DNA of 64,000 bases from Bacteroidota bacterium (GTDB lineage Bacteria > Bacteroidota > Bacteroidia > UBA7662 > JAIXUI01), in contig JAIXUI010000074.1 of assembly GCA_027484125.1 (NCBI GenBank), positions 63,791-127,790 on the forward strand, read 5' to 3'. Below the pieces are notes generated by a model, which saw nothing but the letters and a program-made list of their open reading frames with translations, made no database searches and was not told the origin of the DNA. The position numbers and the translations under genes are program-made. The first letter of the stretch is position 1. Every line of letters begins with the position of its first letter. Positions 1 through 9,879 of this stretch are shown here, in pieces.

Positions 1-654
1 AACATGACTATCTTCAATAAGGTCAGAGGTTAAAATAGAAGATGGATAAACCATAACACCATCTATCTTCTTGTTTACCTTGCCTGAATTGTCATCTACA
101 AAGCCAACGATGTTGTAAAGCACACTACGGTCGTGCAAGAGCGAATTCTTAGTGATAATCCCACTTTGTCCGGCACCATAAATCAAAACATTGGTCCTTT
201 TTCCTTCCTCCCGGCTGAATTTGAAATACGCCATCCTGATTAGCACTCTTCCACTGATCAACATGGTGTTGGCAATGAAAAGATAAATCACCAAAACAGA
301 GTTAGGCATCAACTGCCGCTCTTCGGTACCGGTAAACTCATAAACGGTATTGATGAGAATGAGGGTAATACAGGCAAAAAATACAGACTTGCTAATGCTT
401 ATCGCATCTGATATACCAGTGTGGCGAATGATTCCTCTGAAAGAGTTGAACACCACGAAAAAAACCGTTTGAATAAGCAAAACGGTTGGAAGACTTTTGA
501 AAAAGATGCTCAAATCGAGCATCTGTATGTCCAAGCTGAACCTAACGATGTAAGCAGCCAGCAAGGATGCAGCAACGGTCAGGATATCGAATCCTAATAC
601 TATCCAACGCGACAAAATCTTGTCAGCGTAACTCCTCACAAATCGTCTGACCAT
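1..654 (-). CDS. polysaccharide biosynthesis protein, CapD/PglF/WbpM-like (N-terminal membrane and linker part only; 3' end of gene lies beyond window start)
   Basis: Open frame runs off the window edge with ATG at 652-654. Translation MVRRFVRSYADKILSRWIVLGFDILTVAASLLAAYIV... has four hydrophobic segments followed by a VLIYGAGQSG dinucleotide-binding-like motif, as in membrane-anchored UDP-sugar 4,6-dehydratases. Confidence 0.55.
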   Translation of the reverse strand, partial: MVRRFVRSYADKILSRWIVLGFDILTVAASLLAAYIVRFSLDIQMLDLSIFFKSLPTVLLIQTVFFVVFNSFRGIIRHTGISDAISISKSVFFACITLILINTVYEFTGTEERQLMPNSVLVIYLFIANTMLISGRVLIRMAYFKFSREEGKRTNVLIYGAGQSGIITKNSLLHDRSVLYNIVGFVDDNSGKVNKKIDGVMVYPSSILTSDLIEDSHV

Positions 655-786
655 ACACAATCTTGGTTTTTGTTACCATTATCACCTCAAAGAAAGGAGA
701 ATTTCGCTCTCCGAACAAGTTAAATTTAACAATATTTTAGAATCCACCAACCTCAATCAATGAATTTTTAATCTGCATTCGAAAAT

Positions 787-1110
787 TTAATAAACTTTTA
801 TTTGTTTGATGTAATCTCCACCCAAAGCCTCATTCAATTTATCACAAAGCTGAGACTCCGCAAGTTTAAGTTCATATCGTAGTGCAGCTGAATCGACCGA
901 AATCTGAAGCAATCCTTCGTTTAAACTGATTTTTCGGGTATTTCGCGCAACAGAAGTACCCATAAGCTTTTCCCAGCACGTAGCTACCTGAGCTTCAGCA
1001 AAGGACTTATTCAATCCGTACGCTTCAAGAAACTCCTTAATCACGGCCCCTAATGAGGCACCCTGATGATATTCTACCTTGCCTATTTTTTTATGAAAGT
1101 GCCTTTGCAT
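787..1110 (-). CDS. DUF721-like small protein (putative nucleic-acid-binding)
   Basis: 107-aa ORF with ATG at 1108-1110. Size and sequence resemble the small DUF721 proteins common in Bacteroidota. Confidence 0.45.
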   Translation of the reverse strand: MQRHFHKKIGKVEYHQGASLGAVIKEFLEAYGLNKSFAEAQVATCWEKLMGTSVARNTRKISLNEGLLQISVDSAALRYELKLAESQLCDKLNEALGGDYIKQIKVY

Positions 1111-1188
1111 GATATTTTCTTCAAAATAAAAAGATTTCTCAACAGAAACGCTTTTTAGGTCTTTAAACTAAAGAAGTTCTTTTGAAGA

Positions 1189-3396
1189 CTAGCTCAAGAT
1201 ATTCTCTAGAGAATCTTCATGTAGGGATCGAAAATCTTCTATGCTGCCATAGCTTTTTCCATTTATTAGAATTTGACCTTCGGTAACTTGTCCAAGTTTC
1301 AAAAAGGGCAGTCCCGAACGAACGGCTTCTTTAAGGAAAGAGTCTTCTTGTTCAGGAGCCACGCTCACTACTACCCTGCTTTGAGCTTCACCAAACAGAA
1401 AAGCATCTGATCGGAAAGATTCTGGCAATTGAATATCAAAGCCATAGCTACCTACCAACGCTGATTCCAGCAAGCAATTCCAAAGGCCGCCATCGGAAAC
1501 ATCGTGAGCTGATTCCAGATGCTGTCCACGAATCAAGGCAGAAACGAGCTTTTGAATTTGTATTTCAGTTTCCAAATTGAACTCCGGACAAGGTGAAAAT
1601 TTAACGCCGTGATAGCCATACAAATACTGGGAGCTTCCCATATCCTCCGATTGTGGGCCCAAGAGGTAAAGAAGATCGCCGGCTTGCTGAAAATCAAGGT
1701 TCATCGTACGACTCAACTCTTCCACAAGCCCCAGCATCCCAATAACAGGCGACGGAAAAACCGGTCCTTCAAAAGAGCTTTGGTTGTAAAAACTTACATT
1801 TCCGCCAGTAACAGGAGTATCAAGTGCGCGGCAGGCTTCACCCATACCTTGAATGGCTTCTACAAATTGCCAATACACTTCGGGGTTATACGGATTACCA
1901 AAGTTTAGGCAGTTAGTGATGGCCAAAGGGGTTCCTCCCGAACAAACAATGTTTCTGGCAGCTTCTGCCACTGCGATGGCCGTACCTTTTCGAGGATCAG
2001 CGAATACATACCTACTGTTGCAATCGACGCTCAAGGCAAGGGCTTGTCCTGACTCTTTCACATAAACCAATGCGGCATCAGTAGGCGCATTGGCATTCAT
2101 ATTGACCGTTCCGATGGTACTATCGTATTGCTGAGAAATCCAGCGCTTCGAGGCCAAATTTGGATGCCCTGCGAGGTAACCCATAACCGGAAGCAAGTCT
2201 TCAGGTTGACGAACGTCCTCCGGTGAATAAGCTGCAATTTTTTGCAAATAATCAGGTTCACGGTATTCACGCTCATACACAGGAGCACCGCCACCAAGCA
2301 CCAAGCTATCAGCCGGGACTTCTGCTTCCAGCGTTCCATTCATGAAAAATCTCAAGTTCGGGCCTTCAGTAACTTCTCCGATTTGAACGCAGTTGAGGTC
2401 CCATTTCTCGAACACTTCCAGCACTTTATGCTCCTCACCTCTTTTTGCTACGATGAGCATACGCTCCTGAGATTCAGAAAGTAAAATTTCCCAGGCTTTC
2501 ATATTGGCTTGGCGAGTCGGAACGCGGTCAAGATGTATATCCATGCCAGCTTCTCCTTTAGCAGACATTTCTGAGGTGGAACAGATAATTCCTGCAGCAC
2601 CCATGTCTTGCATACCTATAACCGCTCCAGTTTGAATGACTTCCAGACTGGCTTCCAGCAAAAGTTTTTCTTGAAAAGGGTCACCAACCTGAACGGCAGG
2701 CAAATCTTTTGCAGAATCTTCTGTGAGGTCACCGGAGGCAAACGTGGCACCGTGAATGCCGTCTTTCCCGGTATGTGAGCCTACAATAAACACTGGATTA
2801 CCTTTTCCACAGGCAATAGCTGATACAGTTTTACCGTGCTCTACAATCCCCACGCTCATGGCATTTACCAGCGGATTCACGGTAAAGGAGTCGTCGAAAA
2901 AAACCTCACCACCAACGGTTGGAACCCCAAAAGCATTACCATAGTCACCAATGCCTTTTACGACACCACGAATAATCCACCGGGTTCTTTCTTCCTCCAA
3001 CTTACCAAAGCGCAAAGAGTTTAACTGTGCTATTGGGCGAGCTCCCATGGTAAAAATATCGCGGTTGATACCTCCTACGCCGGTAGCCGCACCCTGATAG
3101 GGCTCGATAGCCGATGGATGATTATGACTCTCTATCTTAAATGCGCATCCTAAACCATGGCCAATATCTACAAGGCCCGCATTCTCCTCTCCAGCTTTAG
3201 CGAGCATACGCTCACTTTCTTTAGGTAAAGTTTTTAACCAACGGATGGAGTTTTTATAGGAGCAATGTTCACTCCACATCACTGCATAAATGCTGAGTTC
3301 TGTGAAATTCGGAACACGACCTAAATAGTTACAAATCGCATCGTATTCTTCCGGCAATAACCCGAGCTGCCGGGCGGTATCAAGGAGTGCAGTCAT
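1189..3396 (-). CDS. purL: phosphoribosylformylglycinamidine synthase subunit PurL (FGAM synthase II)
   Basis: 735-aa ORF. The N-terminus (...RVPNFTELSIYAVMWSEHCSYKNS...) and the duplicated AIR-synthase-related domains are typical of PurL. Confidence 0.93.
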   Translation of the reverse strand: MTALLDTARQLGLLPEEYDAICNYLGRVPNFTELSIYAVMWSEHCSYKNSIRWLKTLPKESERMLAKAGEENAGLVDIGHGLGCAFKIESHNHPSAIEPYQGAATGVGGINRDIFTMGARPIAQLNSLRFGKLEEERTRWIIRGVVKGIGDYGNAFGVPTVGGEVFFDDSFTVNPLVNAMSVGIVEHGKTVSAIACGKGNPVFIVGSHTGKDGIHGATFASGDLTEDSAKDLPAVQVGDPFQEKLLLEASLEVIQTGAVIGMQDMGAAGIICSTSEMSAKGEAGMDIHLDRVPTRQANMKAWEILLSESQERMLIVAKRGEEHKVLEVFEKWDLNCVQIGEVTEGPNLRFFMNGTLEAEVPADSLVLGGGAPVYEREYREPDYLQKIAAYSPEDVRQPEDLLPVMGYLAGHPNLASKRWISQQYDSTIGTVNMNANAPTDAALVYVKESGQALALSVDCNSRYVFADPRKGTAIAVAEAARNIVCSGGTPLAITNCLNFGNPYNPEVYWQFVEAIQGMGEACRALDTPVTGGNVSFYNQSSFEGPVFPSPVIGMLGLVEELSRTMNLDFQQAGDLLYLLGPQSEDMGSSQYLYGYHGVKFSPCPEFNLETEIQIQKLVSALIRGQHLESAHDVSDGGLWNCLLESALVGSYGFDIQLPESFRSDAFLFGEAQSRVVVSVAPEQEDSFLKEAVRSGLPFLKLGQVTEGQILINGKSYGSIEDFRSLHEDSLENILS

Positions 3397-3476
3397 GGCA
3401 GTGCAAAAGTACCTTTTTAAGCTTACTTACCGGAAATCTGCTTAGGAATTAAAAGAATGATTACATATCTAAGGCT

Positions 3477-3503
3477 AAAAAACCGGAAACAATTGTCTTT
3501 CCG
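3477..3503 (-). terminator. putative intrinsic terminator downstream of selO
   Basis: A 6-bp stem (cggaaa/tttccg) with an 8-nt loop is followed on the minus strand by a U-run (plus-strand A-run at 3477-3482). It lies 26 nt after the selO stop. Confidence 0.35.
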
Positions 3504-3528
3504 AATTTCAACCGGTTATTCTAACTGT

Positions 3529-5013
3529 TTAAGTTCCGCAAAATGTACAATAGTCACCATCCCCACCTTCCGGTGGGAGCATCAAGGCTGATTTATCTTC
3601 TTTATACGCAAAAGGATTTTGAAGCACTTCAGTAAGATTCATCCATTTATTCCAGTTACCGAAATCGGCTGCATCTGTCAGAGCTTCTTCTACACGATGA
3701 TTGCGTGGTATGTAAACGGGATTCGATTTAATCATTTCCTTGGTAGTAGCTTCCAAGATGTCAAGGGAAGTTCCTCTTCGTTCTTTCCAAGTTATCATCC
3801 ATTGGCTCAAGACGTCGGAGGCGGGCTGTTCAGGGACCGGAATTCCGGTAAGAAGAAGAAAAGTGTTGGTATAATCACGTCCTTCTTTCTCCATAATCGC
3901 TAAAAAATCGTGAATCAATGCAGCATCTTGTGGTTCCATTCCAGGCAAACCGAGCTTGCTTCGCATTTTGACCAACCATTGCTGTTCATACCTAGCAGGA
4001 ATTTGATTGATAGCGTCTTGTGCCAACTCTAAGGCCTTCTGCTTTTCCTCAGCCAGAAGAGGCAATAAGGCAGAAGCCAAGCAAGCCAAATTCCATTGTG
4101 TGATGTAAGGTTGATTGCCAAAGGCATATCTTCCTTGCGTATCGATTGAGCTAAAAACCGTTGCTGGTGAGTAGGCGTTCATGAATGCACAAGGCCCATA
4201 ATCAATGGTAATCCCGGCTAGGCTCATGTTATCGGTATTCATCACCCCATGGATAAAGCCAACGCCCATCCATTCTACCACCAAGTTTATTTGTTGCTGA
4301 ATAACCGTTTCAAGCAGCGCAAGAGCTGGATGGTGGGCATCTTCAAGTTCAGGATAATGGCGCTTGATGGTATAGTGAACCAATTGCTCAAGCGCCTGAG
4401 GATTGAGCAAATGGGAAGCATACTCCACGGTTCCTACGCGCAGATGGCTTTGGGCTATTCGGGTAAGCACCCCACCAGGAAGTGCAGTTTCACGAAAAAC
4501 TGGTTGACCGGTAGCCACTACCGCTAAACTTCGGCTGGTTGGAATTCCTAGGGCATGGATTGCCTCTGAAATGAGGTATTCTCTAAGCATAGCCTTCAAG
4601 GTTGCTTTACCATCACCACGCCGAGACCAGGCCGTTGGCCCTGAACCTTTAAGCTGAATGTCATACAACTGTTGCTGAAGATCAAGACCTTCCCCTAACA
4701 ATAAGGCACGACCGTCACCTAGTTTATTGAATTGACCAAATTGATGGCCTGCATAAGCTTGAGCAAGAGGCTGACTACCAGGAAGCAGCGCTTGACCGGA
4801 CAACACAGACGCCCAAGCTGCTGAAGACCAATCAGTTCGTTCACCGATAATACCCAGTTCTTTGGCCAATGCCTCGTTAAATAAAATTAGTTGTGGTGCT
4901 AAAAAGTGCTGCGCATGTTCATTGGAATAGAAATTATCTCCGAGCGACCGATAGTCTTGTTGAAGTTTCCAATCGGGTAATAATCGGAGCGAGTCGATAT
5001 CGAATGAAGTCAT
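3529..5013 (-). CDS. selO: protein adenylyltransferase SelO (YdiU/UPF0061 family)
   Basis: 494-aa ORF with the conserved HQFGQFNKLGDGRALLLGE kinase-like core of SelO/YdiU. Confidence 0.88.
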   Translation of the reverse strand: MTSFDIDSLRLLPDWKLQQDYRSLGDNFYSNEHAQHFLAPQLILFNEALAKELGIIGERTDWSSAAWASVLSGQALLPGSQPLAQAYAGHQFGQFNKLGDGRALLLGEGLDLQQQLYDIQLKGSGPTAWSRRGDGKATLKAMLREYLISEAIHALGIPTSRSLAVVATGQPVFRETALPGGVLTRIAQSHLRVGTVEYASHLLNPQALEQLVHYTIKRHYPELEDAHHPALALLETVIQQQINLVVEWMGVGFIHGVMNTDNMSLAGITIDYGPCAFMNAYSPATVFSSIDTQGRYAFGNQPYITQWNLACLASALLPLLAEEKQKALELAQDAINQIPARYEQQWLVKMRSKLGLPGMEPQDAALIHDFLAIMEKEGRDYTNTFLLLTGIPVPEQPASDVLSQWMITWKERRGTSLDILEATTKEMIKSNPVYIPRNHRVEEALTDAADFGNWNKWMNLTEVLQNPFAYKEDKSALMLPPEGGDGDYCTFCGT

Positions 5014-5035
5014 GAATGCGAATTAGTTAAAAAGA

Positions 5036-5332
5036 TAAACCCACCGGATAATAAAATGTTCCGAGTGGGAATAGTAAGTTAAATGATGCATTTGTTATGA
5101 GAAAAACAACCATGCGTGGATTCCTCCTGCGTGAGGGGCCTGAGGGCGCGCTTGCGCGGTATGCCGGAGGCGGGATGAAAGCAAATATAGAAAGTGAATG
5201 CCCTGCTGAAGTGACGGTAAACCCGCCTTCCGGCATACGGAACCCCTAAGGGGCCCGACCCCTGGCCGTTGCGCTGTTTCATTTTGAAACCAAACATCAC
5301 ACCGGCCAGGGGGCACGCCCAAAAAAAATTGG
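5036..5332. other. GC-rich, highly structured intergenic element of unknown type (candidate ncRNA or cis-regulatory RNA)
   Basis: About 60% GC in a 48% GC genome with no plausible protein. Nested inverted repeats include cggtatgccggaggcggg (5157-5174) paired with cccgccttccggcatacgg (5222-5240), and cccctggccg (5261-5270) paired with cggccagggg (5297-5306). Small GC hairpins gcgcgcttgcgcg and cccctaagggg are also present, and the element ends in an A8 run. Confidence 0.25.
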
Positions 5333-6568
5333 TTACTGGCGCGAAACCTTAAGCTGAAAGCTAGCTTGTTCGTCGAAGAATCTTACTAAGTATATGCCCT
5401 TGGGCCAATGGCTTGTTTCGATGGTTTGCAAACCAGCAACCTGGATGCTGCGACGTTCTAGGAGGCGGCCATCAAGGCCTAGAATTTCAAGCTCACCGAT
5501 TTTGGGTAATTGGAGATTAAGTTGGCCATTGCATGGAACAGGCCAAGCACGAAACGTCTCTTGACCTAGCTCTTGGCTGGCAACCGTAGTGACTTGTACC
5601 GGTTGAGATTCAGGGCTTCTGCACCCGGCAGTATCGGTGTGATCTACCGTATAAGTTCCATTTTGGGTCACCACAAGTTGTTGTTGAGTAGCTCCTTGGA
5701 TAGGCGCACCATTGCGATACCACTGATTACCGGTGGCATAGCTAGAAGATAGGGTGAAAACTGCGGTGAGGGTGATAGACGGTGGCTGTGGCAATTGTAC
5801 ATTGAATGGGACATTCACATCCCAATTTCCAGAGATAATATTTACAGTTTGGCCATTGCCCGAAGCATCGTAGCTGCTGGTGCCGGTATTTTCATTGAAT
5901 CTCCAATACCCCCCCAAGCCTTGTACAGAGAGGCTATCAAGCTCCTTGGTGGAGTTAGCAAGAAGTTCTGCGCCATCCAAAGCACGATTCCAAATTCGAA
6001 CTTCATCAATCAGTCCGTTGAAGTACCGCCGTGCAGTTTGAGAGGGGTCAGCAAGCCTTCCTATGGTCATAGGATAGGCACTTGGGCTATTAGCAATTGT
6101 TCCTGCAAAAGCGGTAGCTGCAACCTGGTTTCCATTTACGAATAGTTTGAGACTATCTCCATCAAAAGTTCCAGCAACATGTTGCCAAGTAGCAAGACTG
6201 AGTACATTGGGTCCAGAAAAAACCTCCCGCCATGCGCCGGTGCTAGCGCCAGTGGTAGTACCGGCAATATTGAATGACAAAACACCAGTACCACCACAAC
6301 GAAGTACAAACCCTTGCTGGCCGCCAGAACTCCAGCCGTGGTTGCAAACAATAGACCCATTGTCTTTGGTTGTAGCAAAGGCAGCTGGTCTGATCCAAGC
6401 CTCTACCGTAATGGCATTAGAAGGATTAACGTTGGCTTCTGAAGCAAGTACCGCATAGTTGCTGGTACCATTTAATGACAAAGCGCTGGTATTTGGTCTG
6501 CAAGGCTGAGCATGAGCCAAAGAAAAATGAGCCAAAACAGCTAAAAGTGAGAGTATGGATTTACGCAT
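5333..6568 (-). CDS. secreted LamG-like (concanavalin A-like lectin/glucanase) domain protein with C-terminal T9SS sorting domain
   Basis: Signal peptide MRKSILSLLAVLAHFSLAHA with ATG at 6566-6568; the ORF track's upstream extension is not used. A LamG_3-like core (...LKLFVNGNQVA...IDEVRIWNRAL...) precedes a C-terminal Por_Secre_tail-like segment (...GIYLVRFFDEQASFQLKVSRQ). Confidence 0.7.
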   Translation of the reverse strand: MRKSILSLLAVLAHFSLAHAQPCRPNTSALSLNGTSNYAVLASEANVNPSNAITVEAWIRPAAFATTKDNGSIVCNHGWSSGGQQGFVLRCGGTGVLSFNIAGTTTGASTGAWREVFSGPNVLSLATWQHVAGTFDGDSLKLFVNGNQVAATAFAGTIANSPSAYPMTIGRLADPSQTARRYFNGLIDEVRIWNRALDGAELLANSTKELDSLSVQGLGGYWRFNENTGTSSYDASGNGQTVNIISGNWDVNVPFNVQLPQPPSITLTAVFTLSSSYATGNQWYRNGAPIQGATQQQLVVTQNGTYTVDHTDTAGCRSPESQPVQVTTVASQELGQETFRAWPVPCNGQLNLQLPKIGELEILGLDGRLLERRSIQVAGLQTIETSHWPKGIYLVRFFDEQASFQLKVSRQ

Positions 6569-6703
6569 GTGCTTGAAATATTTAAGTAAATTAAGAAGGA
6601 TAATTGATATACGTATCTGAATGTTAGCACGTTGACAAAGAATAGGATTAACATTAAAATAGCACGAGGTGCAAACATAGAAAACGGAGCCTCGCCCTGG
6701 TAC

Positions 6704-6739
6704 AAAACAAAAATGCCGCAGTAGCAATAACTGCGGCAT
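6704..6739 (-). terminator. intrinsic terminator downstream of the DUF124 gene
   Basis: A 9-bp stem (atgccgcag/ctgcggcat) with a 9-nt loop is followed on the minus strand by a U-run (plus-strand aaaacaaaaa at 6704-6712). Confidence 0.6.
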
Positions 6740-6759
6740 TGTGAATACGATTCTAAAGG

Positions 6760-7551
6760 CTATTCGAACAAATTGCCCAACAAGCTGCCTCCCTCACGAG
6801 AAGAAGAGCCGTTTCCATGGCCACCACCCATAGCCACAATTTCTTGTGCTAATTTACTGATCGGCATAGATTGCAGCCAAACCCTTCCGGAGCCTCGTAA
6901 AGTTGCGAGAAACAAACCTTCTCCACCAAAAAGCATGGTTTTAAGGCCACCAGCGCGCTGAATGTCGAAGTCGATTTGACCTTCGAAAGCTACAACACAT
7001 CCGGTATCTACACGAAGCGTTTCATTATTCAGCGTTCGTTCAATAACGGTTCCACCGGCATGAATGAACGCTTTTCCGTCGCCTTGTAATTTCTGCATGA
7101 TAAAACCTTCACCACCGAAGAAACCAGCGCCTAAACGCTTATTCAACGTAATGGAAACTTTGGTACCTAAAGCGGCGCAAATGAAGGAATCCTTTTGGCA
7201 AATAAGTTGATTGCCGGGCATAGCGGCTAAATCAATCGGAATTATAGTACCTGGATAGGGTGCCGAAAAAGCGACTTGCTGCTTTCCATAACCACCATTG
7301 GTAAAATGAGTAAGGAAAAGCGACTCACCCATAAGTGCCCGAGCACCTGCTTTGAAAAGCTTTCCCAGGATACTGTCACTCGCATTAGAGCCATCACCCA
7401 TTTTAGTTTCGAAGCGAATACCTTCCGTCATGTAAACCATGGCACCAGCTTCAGCAACAATGGTTTCCTGAGGATCCAGTTCAACTTCTACAAACTGAAT
7501 ACTCTCTCCATAGATTTTATAATCTACCTCGTGGCTATTCATAGGTGGCAT
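6760..7551 (-). CDS. TIGR00266/DUF124 (AIM24) family protein
   Basis: 263-aa ORF. The N-terminus (...[20 protein letters not shown]...) and glycine-rich beta-repeats are characteristic of the AIM24/DUF124 family. Confidence 0.7.
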   Translation of the reverse strand: MPPMNSHEVDYKIYGESIQFVEVELDPQETIVAEAGAMVYMTEGIRFETKMGDGSNASDSILGKLFKAGARALMGESLFLTHFTNGGYGKQQVAFSAPYPGTIIPIDLAAMPGNQLICQKDSFICAALGTKVSITLNKRLGAGFFGGEGFIMQKLQGDGKAFIHAGGTVIERTLNNETLRVDTGCVVAFEGQIDFDIQRAGGLKTMLFGGEGLFLATLRGSGRVWLQSMPISKLAQEIVAMGGGHGNGSSSREGGSLLGNLFE

Positions 7552-7748
7552 TATTTACCGGCACGCTCTTGGTCAATAGACTCAAAAGCCCCGAAAATGA
7601 TGAAAAGGCTGGCTGCTGTCATCAATGCACACATGATATACATCTGGGTGTAATGAATAGAGTCAGGGTTAGTAAAGCCCAGGAAAACCACGTACAAGGT
7701 GTAGATGATGGCCAAGGCAGAAAAGAGGATGCTGAGAGTCTTTTTCAT
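7551..7748 (-). CDS. small hydrophobic membrane protein (65 aa), probably co-transcribed with the DUF124 gene
   Basis: Two predicted TM helices. Its stop overlaps the downstream ATG, suggesting translational coupling. Confidence 0.35.
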   Translation of the reverse strand: MKKTLSILFSALAIIYTLYVVFLGFTNPDSIHYTQMYIMCALMTAASLFIIFGAFESIDQERAGK

Positions 7749-7777
7749 AAGCTGATTTTGACGGGTCGAAAATAGTC

Positions 7778-7809
7778 AAAAAAAAGCCGCACTGCATGAA
7801 CAGTGCGGC
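7778..7809 (-). terminator. intrinsic terminator downstream of the lipoprotein gene 7831-9879
   Basis: A perfect 9-bp stem (gccgcactg/cagtgcggc) with a 6-nt loop is followed on the minus strand by U8 (plus-strand A8 at 7778-7785). Confidence 0.75.
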
Positions 7810-7830
7810 TTATGACCCAAGAAAAACGTA

Positions 7831-9879
7831 TTAGTAAGTGTAAATGTTTGCAGGGTTGCGGTATCCTGGAAGGTTACGATACCAGTCGGTTGAATTAACA
7901 CCACCGGAAGTAACCCAATCCATGAATTTCAAGTGAGCAGTTTGAATCGCTGAGTATTCTTTTGGATAAACAAACGGCTCTGGGATGTTGATAGCCCAAG
8001 GTGCGCCGTTGGAAGTTTTGTAGTAACGACCAGCACCTGGGTTTGAAGTATCCTTGCCTTTTCCAAACCAAGTTGCATCATGCTTTTCGGTAGGAGCCAT
8101 ATCTGGGAGGTGGATCTCGCGATCACGACCTTGAACGAAGATGAATGGGTTGAAAGGAGCATCCCCAAAATCTGCGATGCGCTGTGGAGAGGTCAAAGTT
8201 ACCGCCATAGTAAGGGTGTCAGAAGAAGCACGTGGCGCACCGATGATGGTATTGATTAGGTTACCCACTGCACCATTCAACATGTCGTAGGCATTTTCAT
8301 AAACAATCATGGTTGCTTTGTTAACTCCGGCTTCAGTACCATTTGGGCGGCGAGTGGTAGTACCACGGCTCCATTCACCACCTGTTACAGAGGCAATGGC
8401 AGTATGAGGTACACCTAAGCTGATTCCAAATCCATGAGGAAGCGCTCCACCTTTACCTCCAATGTAGTGGCGGCTGAACATTTCAACTACGCGGCTGTTG
8501 GCGTTTAATACCATGCGGTACTCATTGCCAATGGTCAAGTCATTGAAATCGTAATCGCCAACAGAAGGCCAAAGATCTTCGAATGCGAGGTGTGACTGAA
8601 CGTTGCGGTTGTAAGCGCGAGCACCATCGCAAGGATACTCGTCAAGACTGTCTGGAATACCGTCATTATCGCAGTCAGGAAGTGGAGTTAATGGCCAAAC
8701 GTCGGTTGAATCGATCGCAGTGGAAGTGGCATAGAAAACAACGTCGTTAAAGTCGTGGTCACCACTTACAGGAAGTTTGCGGCGAATGTCTTCGAAACCA
8801 AATACAAAACGGCGAGAAGCAGGTTCCCAAGCCAACACCATGTGTTGACGAAGTCCAACCGGAGCAAATGTATTAAGTGCAGGTAAAGAGTAAATTAAAC
8901 CAAAGTCTTTGTGGATGGTATTGGTTCCAGCATTGTAACCATGAGTTGCAATGGCAAAACCAACAATAGTATCTTTTCCAACAACACCAATATTGACCGT
9001 ATTACCAGAAACAAGTCCACCGCCACCACCGAGGTAAGAAGCATTAGGAAATACTGCAATAATTGAATCAATATCACCAGGGGTTGCAGGAGGATTGTTT
9101 TTGTGATACTTGAAGTAATACAGAGAATTTCTGTAACCAGCGCCTTCGTGGAGGAAGGTTACATTTACCGAACCTGTTGAGGTCATCAGAATCTCATGGC
9201 GGTAAGTACCATCAAACAAGAATGGACGCGCTACGGTCTGATTGGTAGATTCAGGAAGCGTTGAACCGATTAAGGTTCCAAATGGAACGCCAACAACCTG
9301 ATTCGGACCTAAGTAATTGGGAACTCCAACGCCATTCCATGTTCCCAAACGGGTAGAAATATAAGGCGCTGATAAAGTTCCGGAAGTACGAGCTGCTGCT
9401 GGAGCAGGTAGGTTGAATTCGTAATTTGGAAGATTGGTTGGATTAGTTCCACCAATAGTAGCCACAATGTTGTTGGCTGACATTGGGATCATCAAATCCT
9501 GTGGGAAGCCATAAGCGGAGGTTTCCATGACCAAGTTTTTAACTCGGGTTGGAATCGCTACAGGCATTTCAATTTTACCGTTATCGTCGGTGAAGGCTGT
9601 GAAAATTAATTCACCACCTAGTTTGGAAGGCTTATCAAAAAACTGAACACGAACCTTGCGGGCGACTGAATTATCAGAAGAACGGAAAGTAAGATCAAAA
9701 TTTTTGGTTTTAACCATCTCAAAGTTGAAGCCTGCCGGAATGGAAGCTTTATCGAGGCTTACTGCTGAATCGATGGTATCCATAGGCTGGTCGTCTTTAC
9801 GACAAGAGCTCACAGAGACCGCTCCGGCTAGCAATGCTAAACCCATTAATCGGGTATAGCGGCTTTTTAGGTTGAACAT
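7831..9879 (-). CDS. large secreted lipoprotein, LruC-domain-like (function unknown)
   Basis: The 699-aa ORF is trimmed to the Met of MFNLKSRYTRLMGLALLAGAVSVSSC (lipobox; ATG at 9877-9879). It contains repeated DFND/DYDFNDL acidic motifs. Assigning it to the LruC/DUF4842 family is from memory and is tentative. Confidence 0.5.
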   Translation of the reverse strand: MFNLKSRYTRLMGLALLAGAVSVSSCRKDDQPMDTIDSAVSLDKASIPAGFNFEMVKTKNFDLTFRSSDNSVARKVRVQFFDKPSKLGGELIFTAFTDDNGKIEMPVAIPTRVKNLVMETSAYGFPQDLMIPMSANNIVATIGGTNPTNLPNYEFNLPAPAAARTSGTLSAPYISTRLGTWNGVGVPNYLGPNQVVGVPFGTLIGSTLPESTNQTVARPFLFDGTYRHEILMTSTGSVNVTFLHEGAGYRNSLYYFKYHKNNPPATPGDIDSIIAVFPNASYLGGGGGLVSGNTVNIGVVGKDTIVGFAIATHGYNAGTNTIHKDFGLIYSLPALNTFAPVGLRQHMVLAWEPASRRFVFGFEDIRRKLPVSGDHDFNDVVFYATSTAIDSTDVWPLTPLPDCDNDGIPDSLDEYPCDGARAYNRNVQSHLAFEDLWPSVGDYDFNDLTIGNEYRMVLNANSRVVEMFSRHYIGGKGGALPHGFGISLGVPHTAIASVTGGEWSRGTTTRRPNGTEAGVNKATMIVYENAYDMLNGAVGNLINTIIGAPRASSDTLTMAVTLTSPQRIADFGDAPFNPFIFVQGRDREIHLPDMAPTEKHDATWFGKGKDTSNPGAGRYYKTSNGAPWAINIPEPFVYPKEYSAIQTAHLKFMDWVTSGGVNSTDWYRNLPGYRNPANIYTY

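Noticed and set aside
1609-3024. Several 60-100-aa plus-strand ORFs inside purL
   Set aside because: They are antisense to a highly conserved housekeeping gene and have no family resemblance.
5027-5322. Three overlapping 69-75-aa ORFs on the minus strand
   Set aside because: They overlap one another in different frames within a GC-rich structured element. They are Arg/Pro/Gly-rich, as expected from GC bias, with no recognisable family. They are better explained as non-coding.
5333-6739. Full 468-aa ORF for the LamG/T9SS protein as given in the track
   Set aside because: The first 57 residues (MPQLLLLRHFCFVPG...) have no signal peptide and run into the promoter region. The internal Met of MRKSILSLLAVLAHFSLAHA gives a canonical signal peptide, so the gene was trimmed.
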